Assembly (NCBI GenBank): GCA_016199835.1
Contig: JACQFX010000017.1
Span: 18,577 to 82,576, forward strand
Direction of reading: 5' to 3'
DNA length: 64,000 nt
Origin: Nitrosomonadales bacterium
GTDB taxonomy: Bacteria; Pseudomonadota; Gammaproteobacteria; Burkholderiales; Gallionellaceae
Under the pieces are notes generated by a model. It was not told the origin of the DNA. It ran no database searches and worked only from the letters and a program-made list of their open reading frames with translations. Shown piece after piece: positions 37,347-45,479 of this stretch. The first letter of the stretch is position 1. Each line of letters begins with the position of its first letter. Made by a program: the position numbers and the translations under genes.

Positions 37347-38543
37347 CTACGGTATCAGGATAAGGTTTTGCGTTGCATCCGCTGCGGAAATGTCCGCATC
37401 AACCTGCTGAGGCTGGTAGCCAGTCGCAGTCGCTTCAATGGCGTACTTTCCTGCCATGGCAGATTGTGCAGCTAACGCAATTGGCAGCGTGCCGGTAGTG
37501 TATTGACCGAGCATTGGCGCACCCACGGGCAAGGTCAGGGTGTAGGCGCCGGATGCTGAGTCATCGGCTGCCACGAATTGCACCGTTACGGCCGGGGCAG
37601 TTCCGAAAGTCTGCTTCGCCGCAACGTAGGCAATTTCAGTCGAACTAGTCGGGCTTAAGGTTGCTGTGCCGCTGACAATATGAGCAGCAGACACTGGCAA
37701 TGTGATCGGCGTGAGGATGTCACTAACGTTAACCACGCTAGTGGTGCTTATAACCGGTACCGTGGTAATAACTGCTGTAGCATGAGCATTGGCTGTGAGA
37801 ACGACATCGTAGTTTCCAGGCGCAAGGCGACTGAGAAGAAATTCGCCGGTTTGCGCGTTTGGTATGGTGGATTGAACCACGGTACCACTCTGTTGCGCGG
37901 TAATCGTGACGCCACTACCAAGTAATGTGGTATCGATAAATCCATCAATGCCATTCAGCGCAAAGGGAAGTATTTTAATCACCGGCTTAAGCGAATAGGT
38001 TCCGTTGCCATGCTTCACAATTGATTTGCAGGCATTAAAGTCCATTACCAGGTCAACCCGTTGGCCGGATACAACATCGAACTCGTTGATGAGCTTAATC
38101 CCGCTTTGCACAGCGCTGGGAGTGATGAGCGCAGTCTCTGTGCCACCTGTAGGGACAACCGAGTTTGCGAGACCACCCGAGGTGTTCGGATCCAATACCA
38201 ATTGCAGTTGTGTGTAATGTCCCGCAGACAGTGATGCCTCGCCAAGGTTGTCGAGCACGCCATTGGTCAGATTGAGCAAATTTATCTTGCGCGAAGGATT
38301 CAGCGCAATATCAGTCCAGCCAGCATCGTTGACGGAGGCCGATCTACTTTGGTGTACCCGCACCTTCACTACAGTCACATTCACTGCGTCAAAACCGCAG
38401 GATGGTGCGTCTGTGAGGGAAACGCCGAGTGTGCCCACGCCCCCGCTACCGCCGCCACCGCATCCAGCCACAAGCATCGCCATTAGCGATGCCGCCAACC
38501 AGGCCAATAATCTTGGCGTGGAATAATTTCCGACTTTCTTCAT
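37347..38543 (-). CDS. DUF4382 domain lipoprotein with C-terminal Ig/carboxypeptidase-regulatory-like beta domains
   Basis: Lipobox LVAGC then a Gly-rich linker. LGVSLTDAP...VNVTVVKVRVH...INLLNL resembles DUF4382. The ATG at 38543 follows a perfect AAGGAGG Shine-Dalgarno sequence. Confidence 0.65.
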   Translation of the reverse strand: MKKVGNYSTPRLLAWLAASLMAMLVAGCGGGGSGGVGTLGVSLTDAPSCGFDAVNVTVVKVRVHQSRSASVNDAGWTDIALNPSRKINLLNLTNGVLDNLGEASLSAGHYTQLQLVLDPNTSGGLANSVVPTGGTETALITPSAVQSGIKLINEFDVVSGQRVDLVMDFNACKSIVKHGNGTYSLKPVIKILPFALNGIDGFIDTTLLGSGVTITAQQSGTVVQSTIPNAQTGEFLLSRLAPGNYDVVLTANAHATAVITTVPVISTTSVVNVSDILTPITLPVSAAHIVSGTATLSPTSSTEIAYVAAKQTFGTAPAVTVQFVAADDSASGAYTLTLPVGAPMLGQYTTGTLPIALAAQSAMAGKYAIEATATGYQPQQVDADISAADATQNLILIP

Positions 38544-38759
38544 TTTATCCTCCTTGTGAAGCATCAACGCCTTGCGTTAATGCTGTCGCATCCAGTCCTT
38601 GTAAACAGCGTGAATCAAAGTTGCGCCGTATTTCTTGATCATGGCTTGCAAGTGTCTCCAGGTATTCACTGCGGTAAATGAAGCTTTTGAAAATACTTGA
38701 AGTCCCCACCGGTAACCCGACGGGGACTATGAGCTTATGACTGATTGGTCAGCATAGCC

Positions 38760-39104
38760 CTAGTGTCTTTTCGCGCCACGATGATCGCCACTATGGCCGT
38801 TGGCAGAACCATCGGTTGAGTCACCACCACCATTGGCGTGGCCGTGTGTTGGCGTAGGTGTGGGTGTCGGCGTTGGCACGGGTGTTGGTGCTGGTGTTGG
38901 CGTAGGTGTGGGTGTTGAAACTGGTGTGTGACAACTTGTGCAAACGGTAGCTGACGTAACAAAAGTATGAGAAGCAGGTTGCGCTCCAAACACACAAGTA
39001 CCGCAGCTAGGAAGAGTTGCAAACGCATTACCCGCAAAGAATGTGGACAATACCAATGTCGATGCTAACGCTGATGCCAAACCAACGGATTTAATGATTT
39101 TCAT
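38760..39104 (-). CDS. Small secreted protein: signal peptide, CxxC, CxxCH (heme-c-type motif), (TP)n linker, His/Gly/Asp-rich tail
   Basis: 114 aa. Signal peptide ...AGNAFA|TL. CGTC at residues 34-37, CTSCH at 55-59, TP-rich stretch at 60-86, tail THGHANGGGDSTDGSANGHSGDHRGAKRH. TAGGAGGT Shine-Dalgarno sequence 5 nt before the ATG. Confidence 0.6.
   Translation of the reverse strand: MKIIKSVGLASALASTLVLSTFFAGNAFATLPSCGTCVFGAQPASHTFVTSATVCTSCHTPVSTPTPTPTPAPTPVPTPTPTPTPTHGHANGGGDSTDGSANGHSGDHRGAKRH
38847..38927 (-). repeat. Imperfect hexanucleotide (ACNCCN) tandem repeat encoding the (TP)n linker
   Basis: Visible on the plus strand as GGTGTGGGTGTTGGCG-type units. Encodes TPVSTPTPTPTPAPTPVPTPTPTPTPT. 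Confidence 0.7.
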
Positions 39105-39189
39105 AATACCTCCTAAGAGTTAATAAACAATTGGCACTTTGATCTGCCGCTCAAATTAATTCGAGCAAGCACACAGTAACAAATCAAAA

Positions 39190-39207
39190 TTAGCAATCTC
39201 TTAGCAA
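39190..39207 (-). promoter_or_regulatory. Direct repeat TTGCTAA-N4-TTGCTAA (11-bp period) upstream of the small secreted-protein gene; candidate OmpR-family binding box
   Basis: On the minus strand: cTTGCTAAgagaTTGCTAAt, about 85-100 nt upstream of the ATG at 39104, inside an AT-rich 347-bp gap. Confidence 0.3.
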
Positions 39208-39451
39208 GGTAAGTTCAACAGAATTATTTTTATAGCGGGCATCACTTCGCGAGAGATTCGGGCTCTTTGCAATTCTGGGATGACCCGGATAATCCATTAG
39301 GGTGTTCCCGTGAGAGCAGCTTTAGCCGCAATTGGCTGGCTGGCGAATTTATTTAGGGAAGTGCCGATTAAGTTCTTCGCTCGCGGCGGGCTTGGCGCCG
39401 AAGCGAATAGAGAGCAGGTGGTTCGTGCCGACGGAAGTGCAGCGCAAAGCT

Positions 39452-40876
39452 TCAAGCCTTTCTCGTATCGAGCACTTTCATCAGGTGATCCCTGAGCGAG
39501 CGCAACAACACCAGCTCGTTCGGTTCGATCTGCTCCGTCGTACCTTTTTCCCAGTCGCCATATAGCAGGCCGATAGGCCGTCCATTGAAAGTCATGGGCA
39601 ACAGGACGAAAGCTTGCACATCGGGCAGGGTTGCAATGAGCCAGGGCGGTATGCTGGATGCCGATTTCACCGAGGTAACATCTTCTATGAAGATGTCGGC
39701 GCTGTTGGTCAGCGACAGGTAAAAAACGTTCGCGCTGTCGGCCTCGGAGAAAGTCAGGTATTGCAGCGCTTCCGGCATCATGGCACCAAATCCCAACCGG
39801 CCCTTGAACGATATGCCATCGCGCAGGAAGGCGACCACGCGATTGAATCCCATGCTGCCATACATGGTTTCAAGAACCAGATTCAGCGCATTGCCAAAAC
39901 TCATTCCCTGGGCCAGCGCAGCAGTGGCCTCATATACGCCCACGGCCAGCCGCTCGCGCGAATCGGCGGGTTTGCCATGCGGCTCATTGAGACATTCCGG
40001 AGGGATGGAAGAGTTTTTTGCCAAAGCGGCTTGATGCACAGATTCGGCTATGGATTCGGTGGAGATCAGCAGGGCGTCGCCATAGCGGGAGGCGATCTGT
40101 GCAATATTCTTCCCGCCTCCGAGCATTGCCGTCGCAGCTTCCCCGGCAAAATTTGCCATGGTTTTGAGCCAGTCCTGCGAGCCGGGAATATTGCTTCCGC
40201 TTGGAGTAGCCTGGCTTATCATGGTATCGGAGATTTTTCGCGGTAGCCGCCAGAGCTTGGCGATTTCCCTGGATATTTCGTCCAGAGTCACGCCGATGAC
40301 TTCCAGCGTTGCATGGTTTTCGGCGGCGGGTTTGCCGCCCGAGATGTTTTGTATCCTGAGCCACTCGTCGGGGAAGTAGAACACCAGCAGCAAACGACCC
40401 AGATGATGCATGAGTGCACAGACGACAGCCTCCTCGCCATCCGCCAGATTGGCCTTGCCCACGAGGCTTCTTGCGATGTCTCCGGCCAGCAGGGCTTTGG
40501 CCATTTCCGTGCGTGCCACAGTGGAATCCGGCGCACTGGCCGAGAGCGTATCTATGAATCGCACGCTGAGCGCCAAATGCGAGACAGCATCCAGGCCGAG
40601 CACCATCGCTGCCCGCGTTACGGTGGTGATTTCTCCGCCCATCCCCGCATACATGCTGGAATTGGCGAGCCGGATCACTTTCTGTGTCAGCGAAAAATCG
40701 CTCAGTATGGCTCCGGTGATGTCAGCCATGCTGTTGTTTTCGTCGTGCATCTCTTCGGCCAGGGTATGCACGGACCTGGATAAGGAAGGGAAGTCTCCCT
40801 GCTCGCTCATGCGTTTCAACAAGAGCGCGAAAAAATCGTCCCTGCCATTTTCCAAGGTTGATATCAGCGTCGTCAT
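39452..40876 (-). CDS. HDOD domain + GAF domain signalling protein
   Basis: HDOD-like FPSLSRSVHTLAEEMHDE...ILSDFSLTQKVIRLANSSMY. C-terminal GAF-like block. The ATG at 40876 forms an ATGA overlap with the upstream EAL gene stop. Confidence 0.8.
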   Translation of the reverse strand: MTTLISTLENGRDDFFALLLKRMSEQGDFPSLSRSVHTLAEEMHDENNSMADITGAILSDFSLTQKVIRLANSSMYAGMGGEITTVTRAAMVLGLDAVSHLALSVRFIDTLSASAPDSTVARTEMAKALLAGDIARSLVGKANLADGEEAVVCALMHHLGRLLLVFYFPDEWLRIQNISGGKPAAENHATLEVIGVTLDEISREIAKLWRLPRKISDTMISQATPSGSNIPGSQDWLKTMANFAGEAATAMLGGGKNIAQIASRYGDALLISTESIAESVHQAALAKNSSIPPECLNEPHGKPADSRERLAVGVYEATAALAQGMSFGNALNLVLETMYGSMGFNRVVAFLRDGISFKGRLGFGAMMPEALQYLTFSEADSANVFYLSLTNSADIFIEDVTSVKSASSIPPWLIATLPDVQAFVLLPMTFNGRPIGLLYGDWEKGTTEQIEPNELVLLRSLRDHLMKVLDTRKA

Positions 40877-42525
40877 GGTATGCAATTCTTCTGAAAATCG
40901 GCAACGCTCATCGGTTTGCCGGTGAGATACCCTTGAATCAGGTCGCAGCCTTTGGTTTTGAGGAATTCGAGTTGTTCTGCAACTTCGACTCCCTCTGCCA
41001 CCACTGCCAGGTTCAACCCGGCTGCCAGACTCAGCACCGCTGAAACGATGGCGACATCCTGGGTGCAATTGGGCACGTCATCAACGAAAGATTTATCTAT
41101 TTTCAGAACGGAGAGCGGGAATTTTTTGAGATAGGCCAGCGAAGAATAACCGGTGCCAAAATCATCTATGGCGATTTTCACTCCCAGATCGCGCAAGCTG
41201 GACAGGATGGCTCCGGATTTTTCCGGATCCTGCATCAGGACGCCTTCGGTGATCTCCAACATCAGCGTCGACGGGGCGAGGCCGGATTCCGCCAGCGCCT
41301 TGCCGACCAGGTCGAAGAAGTCCGTGCGCCGGAACTGGCTGGGCGATACATTGACGGAAACATAGAAGTCGGTGATGCCCGCAGTCTGCCACAGCATGGC
41401 CTGATGACAGGCCATGCGCAGCGCCCATGCGCCGAGGATTTCTATCAGGCCGCTGCTTTCGGCAAGCGGGATGAATCTTGAGGGAGACACCAGGCTATGC
41501 CCCGGACGATCCCAGCGCATCAATGCTTCAGCACCTTTCAATACGCCCGTTCTGGCGCAGAAAACAGGCTGGTAATGCAGCAGGAACTCGCCGTTCAGCA
41601 CACCTTCATGCATGGCTGCTTCCAGCGACAGTCCGCCCTTTTCGGTGCTGTCTATCTGCGGGCTGTAGATTTCCCAGCGATTCTTGCCTTGCTCTTTTGC
41701 GCTGTACATGGCGATTTCCGCCTGCTTCAGCAACAACGAAGGATCATCGCCATGCTCCATATAAATGGAGGCGCCGATGCTCACACTGATATACAGGTCG
41801 TTACCTTCAATCTGGAACGGGCGTTGCGTCAGGGCCAATATTTTATTGGCCACGACCTCGACATCTTTTTGTTTATTCTGTCCGGTGATGGTCATAATCA
41901 GCGCAAATTCATCCCCGCCTATTCTGGACAGGGTGTCGGTGCGCCGGATGAGCCCCTGTATGCGTTCGGCAATAGCCTTGATCAGTTTGTCGCCGAGCGA
42001 GTGGCCGAGAGAATCATTGACCTTCTTGAATCCGTCCAGATCAAGGAGAAACAGAACCAATCCTTTTTTCTCGCGGCTGGAGCTGTTGATACCCATGCGA
42101 ATACGATCATCCAGCAACGTCCGGCTGGGCAGGCCGGTAAGCAGATCGTGGGTAGAAAGGTGGGTAAGCCGTGCCTCGTTCTCCTTCCAGTGAGAGGCAT
42201 CGAAAGCCAGAAGGATGTAGTCGCCGGAATCCGGCAAGCACAAAATGTGGCAGTCCGCCCACACCGGCAAGGCGCGCTGGCGCAACAGGCGGCAGACAAA
42301 AGAACGCTTGGCCCCAGTCAGTACGGCAAGTTCCTGCGCATCCTGAAAAACTGCCAAGTCCTCTGGCAGAACAAAATGCGATACCGGTTCGCCTGCGGGG
42401 CTGGCAGTAAGATCAAGAAATGTCTGCGACTGCTCCGATGCTTGCTGGATAATTCCATCCGCATTAAGGCGGACGGAAAAATCGGTCAGGCAGGAAAGTA
42501 GACTGAAAGAAAGCGGATCATTCAT
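40873..42525 (-). CDS. PAS-like/GGDEF/EAL c-di-GMP turnover protein
   Basis: GGDEF domain with RIGGDEF, and EAL domain with EALMRW, DDFGTGYSSL and KIDKSF. Confidence 0.9.
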   Translation of the reverse strand: MNDPLSFSLLSCLTDFSVRLNADGIIQQASEQSQTFLDLTASPAGEPVSHFVLPEDLAVFQDAQELAVLTGAKRSFVCRLLRQRALPVWADCHILCLPDSGDYILLAFDASHWKENEARLTHLSTHDLLTGLPSRTLLDDRIRMGINSSSREKKGLVLFLLDLDGFKKVNDSLGHSLGDKLIKAIAERIQGLIRRTDTLSRIGGDEFALIMTITGQNKQKDVEVVANKILALTQRPFQIEGNDLYISVSIGASIYMEHGDDPSLLLKQAEIAMYSAKEQGKNRWEIYSPQIDSTEKGGLSLEAAMHEGVLNGEFLLHYQPVFCARTGVLKGAEALMRWDRPGHSLVSPSRFIPLAESSGLIEILGAWALRMACHQAMLWQTAGITDFYVSVNVSPSQFRRTDFFDLVGKALAESGLAPSTLMLEITEGVLMQDPEKSGAILSSLRDLGVKIAIDDFGTGYSSLAYLKKFPLSVLKIDKSFVDDVPNCTQDVAIVSAVLSLAAGLNLAVVAEGVEVAEQLEFLKTKGCDLIQGYLTGKPMSVADFQKNCIP

Positions 42526-42803
42526 GATGCCGTCCGTTGCCCCAATTGTTCGACAAGTTGCATCTCTTGTATAGGTTGCGATTCTAGCTCAACTTCCCAT
42601 GCTCTTGCGATGGATGTGATGGCAGCGCTTCATTCATGGCTGATCATCGCATTCAAACTGTGCCTTGCCGAGTTATATATTGCACAAGTGCTGCGTTGCA
42701 AACAAAGTATGGATGGGATGGCTCGCCGATAAATGCACCATTTTTCGCTCTACAATGATGCACGATACTTTATTATTGGTTTGATCAAGCTTGGCATCAA
42801 TCG

Positions 42804-43634
42804 ATGGGGAGAACACAAATTACAAAGTATATCCTGCTATTGCTCCTGACAATGCAGGGCTGCACGGTCGGAAACAGCCGCATGCCAGGTGCGCCATCGC
42901 AACCATCGACTGCGGCCCAGCCATCCGACGAGGCCTTGGACTGCGCAGATCATGCAGTGGCGCAGTCAGGCCCTTTCCGCGTGGAGAATAACACGTGGGG
43001 TAAAGGTGTATTCGAAAGCTGGTCTCAATGTGTGAACATAAGAGATCGAGGCGTCGGGAGAGTCTCGGCGCACTGGACGTGGAATTGGCCCGACACCGAA
43101 GGCGGGGTGCAAGCCTATCCGGAAGTGATTTTTGGCCAGAAACCCGGGAAACAGACCACTACGAATACATTGCCACGCAATCTGGGTGACATACAGACCG
43201 CAACAGTTTCTCTGGATTATGCGTCTTACCACACCGGCGCAGGCAATCTTTCCTTCGATATCTGGCTGGCCGATACTGCCAAGCCAACTGAATTTGCCGT
43301 CCCTCCGATTACGCACGAAATTATGATCTGGCTTGACTCTTACGGCGATATGAAGCCCTCTTCCCATCCGGTTGGCAGGGTGTCCATCAATGGTTTCGAT
43401 TATGAGATTTTTGTAAGCGAGAAAATCGGGAAAGGATGGCGATACATTGCATTTCAGCGCACTCAGGTGCAAACCGGCAGCGTCAGATTGGATCTGGTGC
43501 CATTTTTCTCTTACCTTAAAAGCAATAAATTGATAACGGGAAATGAATTTGTTGCGTCCATCGAACTGGGAAACGAAATAATCCGGGGCGCCGGGGAAAC
43601 CAGAATCGATTCATACTCGGCATCAATACGGTAG
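42804..43634 (+). CDS. Glycoside hydrolase family 12 (endo-beta-1,4-glucanase-like) lipoprotein
   Basis: Lipobox LTMQGC. GH12 hallmarks NNTWG, YPEVIFG, HEIMIWL (nucleophile Glu) and ELGNEI (acid/base Glu). Confidence 0.7.
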   Translation: MGRTQITKYILLLLLTMQGCTVGNSRMPGAPSQPSTAAQPSDEALDCADHAVAQSGPFRVENNTWGKGVFESWSQCVNIRDRGVGRVSAHWTWNWPDTEGGVQAYPEVIFGQKPGKQTTTNTLPRNLGDIQTATVSLDYASYHTGAGNLSFDIWLADTAKPTEFAVPPITHEIMIWLDSYGDMKPSSHPVGRVSINGFDYEIFVSEKIGKGWRYIAFQRTQVQTGSVRLDLVPFFSYLKSNKLITGNEFVASIELGNEIIRGAGETRIDSYSASIR

Positions 43635-43668
43635 CGGATCAGCCTCCAGGATCGGGAAGAGGATGTGA

Positions 43669-44799
43669 ATGAGCGACAGCATTGCCCCCAACGAGCCGCG
43701 ATTAATGATCGTCTTGATGTCCGGGACCTGGCTGGGCATCTCTCGCTTGCCCAAGGCCTTAAGCATGGCTGGTTTCAGGGTGGCCACTTTCTGCCATGAC
43801 ACTAGTTTTCTGTCCAGGACCCGCTACGCAGAACGTACCTTCAAGGCGCCAACTGCGGGCGATCTGTTTGCCCCCCTGGTTGCTGCCGCGCGGCAATACA
43901 AGCCGGACATGATCATTCCGGGATGTGAATCGTCGGTTCATTTTCTGCATGAAATTGTGCATGCCGGTTCTGATGGCAGATTGGACCAGACGGTGCAAGA
44001 CGTTGTCGAGCTCGCACGGCGTTCACTCGGTGCCCCGGCTTATTATCGGGCGACCCTGAGCAAGCACGAAACACTGAGAATTGCAGCCAGGCTTGGGTTG
44101 CGTACTCCGCAGCAATCATTCATTAGCGGGGTCGAGGATGCCATGCGCTGTGCCGACGAGTATGGCTATCCATTGGTTATAAAGGGTGAGTTTGGCAGCG
44201 GTGGAAGCGGGGTAAGGATATGCGGCACGCGGGATAAAATCGCGGAAGCTTTTCATTCCCTGAATGCCTCCGGTGCCAGTTCCCTCATTGTTGCGCAGCA
44301 ATACATACACGGCACGGCAGCTATGCAAACGGCGATAGCCATTGCGGGTGAAATGCTGGAAAGCCTGACTTTCCAGAAAGAGCGCTGTCATCCGCAACCT
44401 GCGGGCCCCGGCAGCGTAGTGCGGCATACCGAGCATGCAGAAGCCAAACACGCCGCCTCGGCGCTGATCAGGGAATATGGTTATACCGGCTTCGGGCATT
44501 GCGATTTCATCATTGAAAACGAAACCGGGGCGGCCTTCCTGCTGGAGTTCAATCCGCGCCCATCGCCGGTCTGCCATCTCGGCTGGCTGTTTGGACAAGA
44601 CCTGTGTCGTGCATTATGGTGCCGATTGGCAGGCACTACCTATCGGAGACAGCCGCCCGCTAGTGATTACCGAACGGTGGCGTTGTTTCCCAGCGAATGG
44701 TCCCGCGATCCTCAGAGTCATTTCCTGACACAGGCGTACCACGATATTCCAGAAGATGATCCTGCCTTGCTGGACGCATTCATCAGAGCCTGCACTTGA
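43669..44799 (+). CDS. ATP-grasp domain protein (carboxylate-amine ligase-like, substrate unknown)
   Basis: YGYPLVIKGEFGSGGSGVRI and HCDFIIENETGAAFLLEFNPRP are typical ATP-grasp motifs. Confidence 0.7.
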   Translation: MSDSIAPNEPRLMIVLMSGTWLGISRLPKALSMAGFRVATFCHDTSFLSRTRYAERTFKAPTAGDLFAPLVAAARQYKPDMIIPGCESSVHFLHEIVHAGSDGRLDQTVQDVVELARRSLGAPAYYRATLSKHETLRIAARLGLRTPQQSFISGVEDAMRCADEYGYPLVIKGEFGSGGSGVRICGTRDKIAEAFHSLNASGASSLIVAQQYIHGTAAMQTAIAIAGEMLESLTFQKERCHPQPAGPGSVVRHTEHAEAKHAASALIREYGYTGFGHCDFIIENETGAAFLLEFNPRPSPVCHLGWLFGQDLCRALWCRLAGTTYRRQPPASDYRTVALFPSEWSRDPQSHFLTQAYHDIPEDDPALLDAFIRACT

Positions 44800-44852
44800 T
44801 GATACTTGTGGGTGACTGAATCGCTCCCGATTCAGACTCGAACCAGCCGCAA

Positions 44853-45479
44853 CTATAGCGGCCTGAATTCATTCGTGGCCGTATCGTGGCTCAGTAATTG
44901 TCCGCGCTCTATGTCGAAATACCAGCCGTGCAGGGAAAGTGTGCCATTTTCGATGCGTTCACGTACCCATGGGAACGTTTTGAGATTATGCAAAGAGATC
45001 AGGATGGCGCGCTGCTCGCAAGCTTGCAGTTTTTCATCCAGCGGTGCGCCGGGCATGTCCTGTTCTACCCCTGCGCGCGCATCTTCCACCAGATGCATCC
45101 AGTCGTCGATGAAGGAATCGGGGTTGCTGGCACCGCCTGTCTCCACCAGCGTGCGGATACCGCCACAATGGGCATGGCCCAGCACGATAATGTGCTGCAC
45201 ATCGAGGTTGCGCACGCCGTATTCCAGTGCTGCGCTGGTGCCATGATGGCCGATCAGATTTTCCGATGGCGGCACCAGATTAGCCACGTTGCGGATAACG
45301 AACAGGTCGCCCGGCGCGCAATCCAGAATGATCGCGGGATCCACGCGCGCATCGCAACAGGCCACCACCAGTATTCTGGGGGTCTGTCCCTGAGACACCA
45401 GTTGCCGGTACAGCGCATCGGTGAAATGCTGTTCGCGAAAACGCAGAAAACCCTGGATTAACTGATTCGGAGTGGTCAT
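44853..45479 (-). CDS. Beta-class carbonic anhydrase
   Basis: [18 protein letters not shown] and GHAHCGG zinc-ligand motifs. Confidence 0.9.
   Translation of the reverse strand: MTTPNQLIQGFLRFREQHFTDALYRQLVSQGQTPRILVVACCDARVDPAIILDCAPGDLFVIRNVANLVPPSENLIGHHGTSAALEYGVRNLDVQHIIVLGHAHCGGIRTLVETGGASNPDSFIDDWMHLVEDARAGVEQDMPGAPLDEKLQACEQRAILISLHNLKTFPWVRERIENGTLSLHGWYFDIERGQLLSHDTATNEFRPL

Noticed and set aside
38735-39037. 100-aa alternate-frame ORF over the (TP)n repeat region
   Set aside because: It is a frame-shifted reading of the same repeat (His/Gln/Leu-rich). It lacks a Shine-Dalgarno sequence and a signal peptide, whereas the 38760-39104 frame has both.
39132-39147. Sigma-54-like TGGCAC-N5-TCTGC motif
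   Set aside because: The motif is on the plus strand and would fire away from the minus-strand small-protein gene, into a region with no credible plus-strand gene. The -12 element is imperfect (CTGC rather than TTGC).
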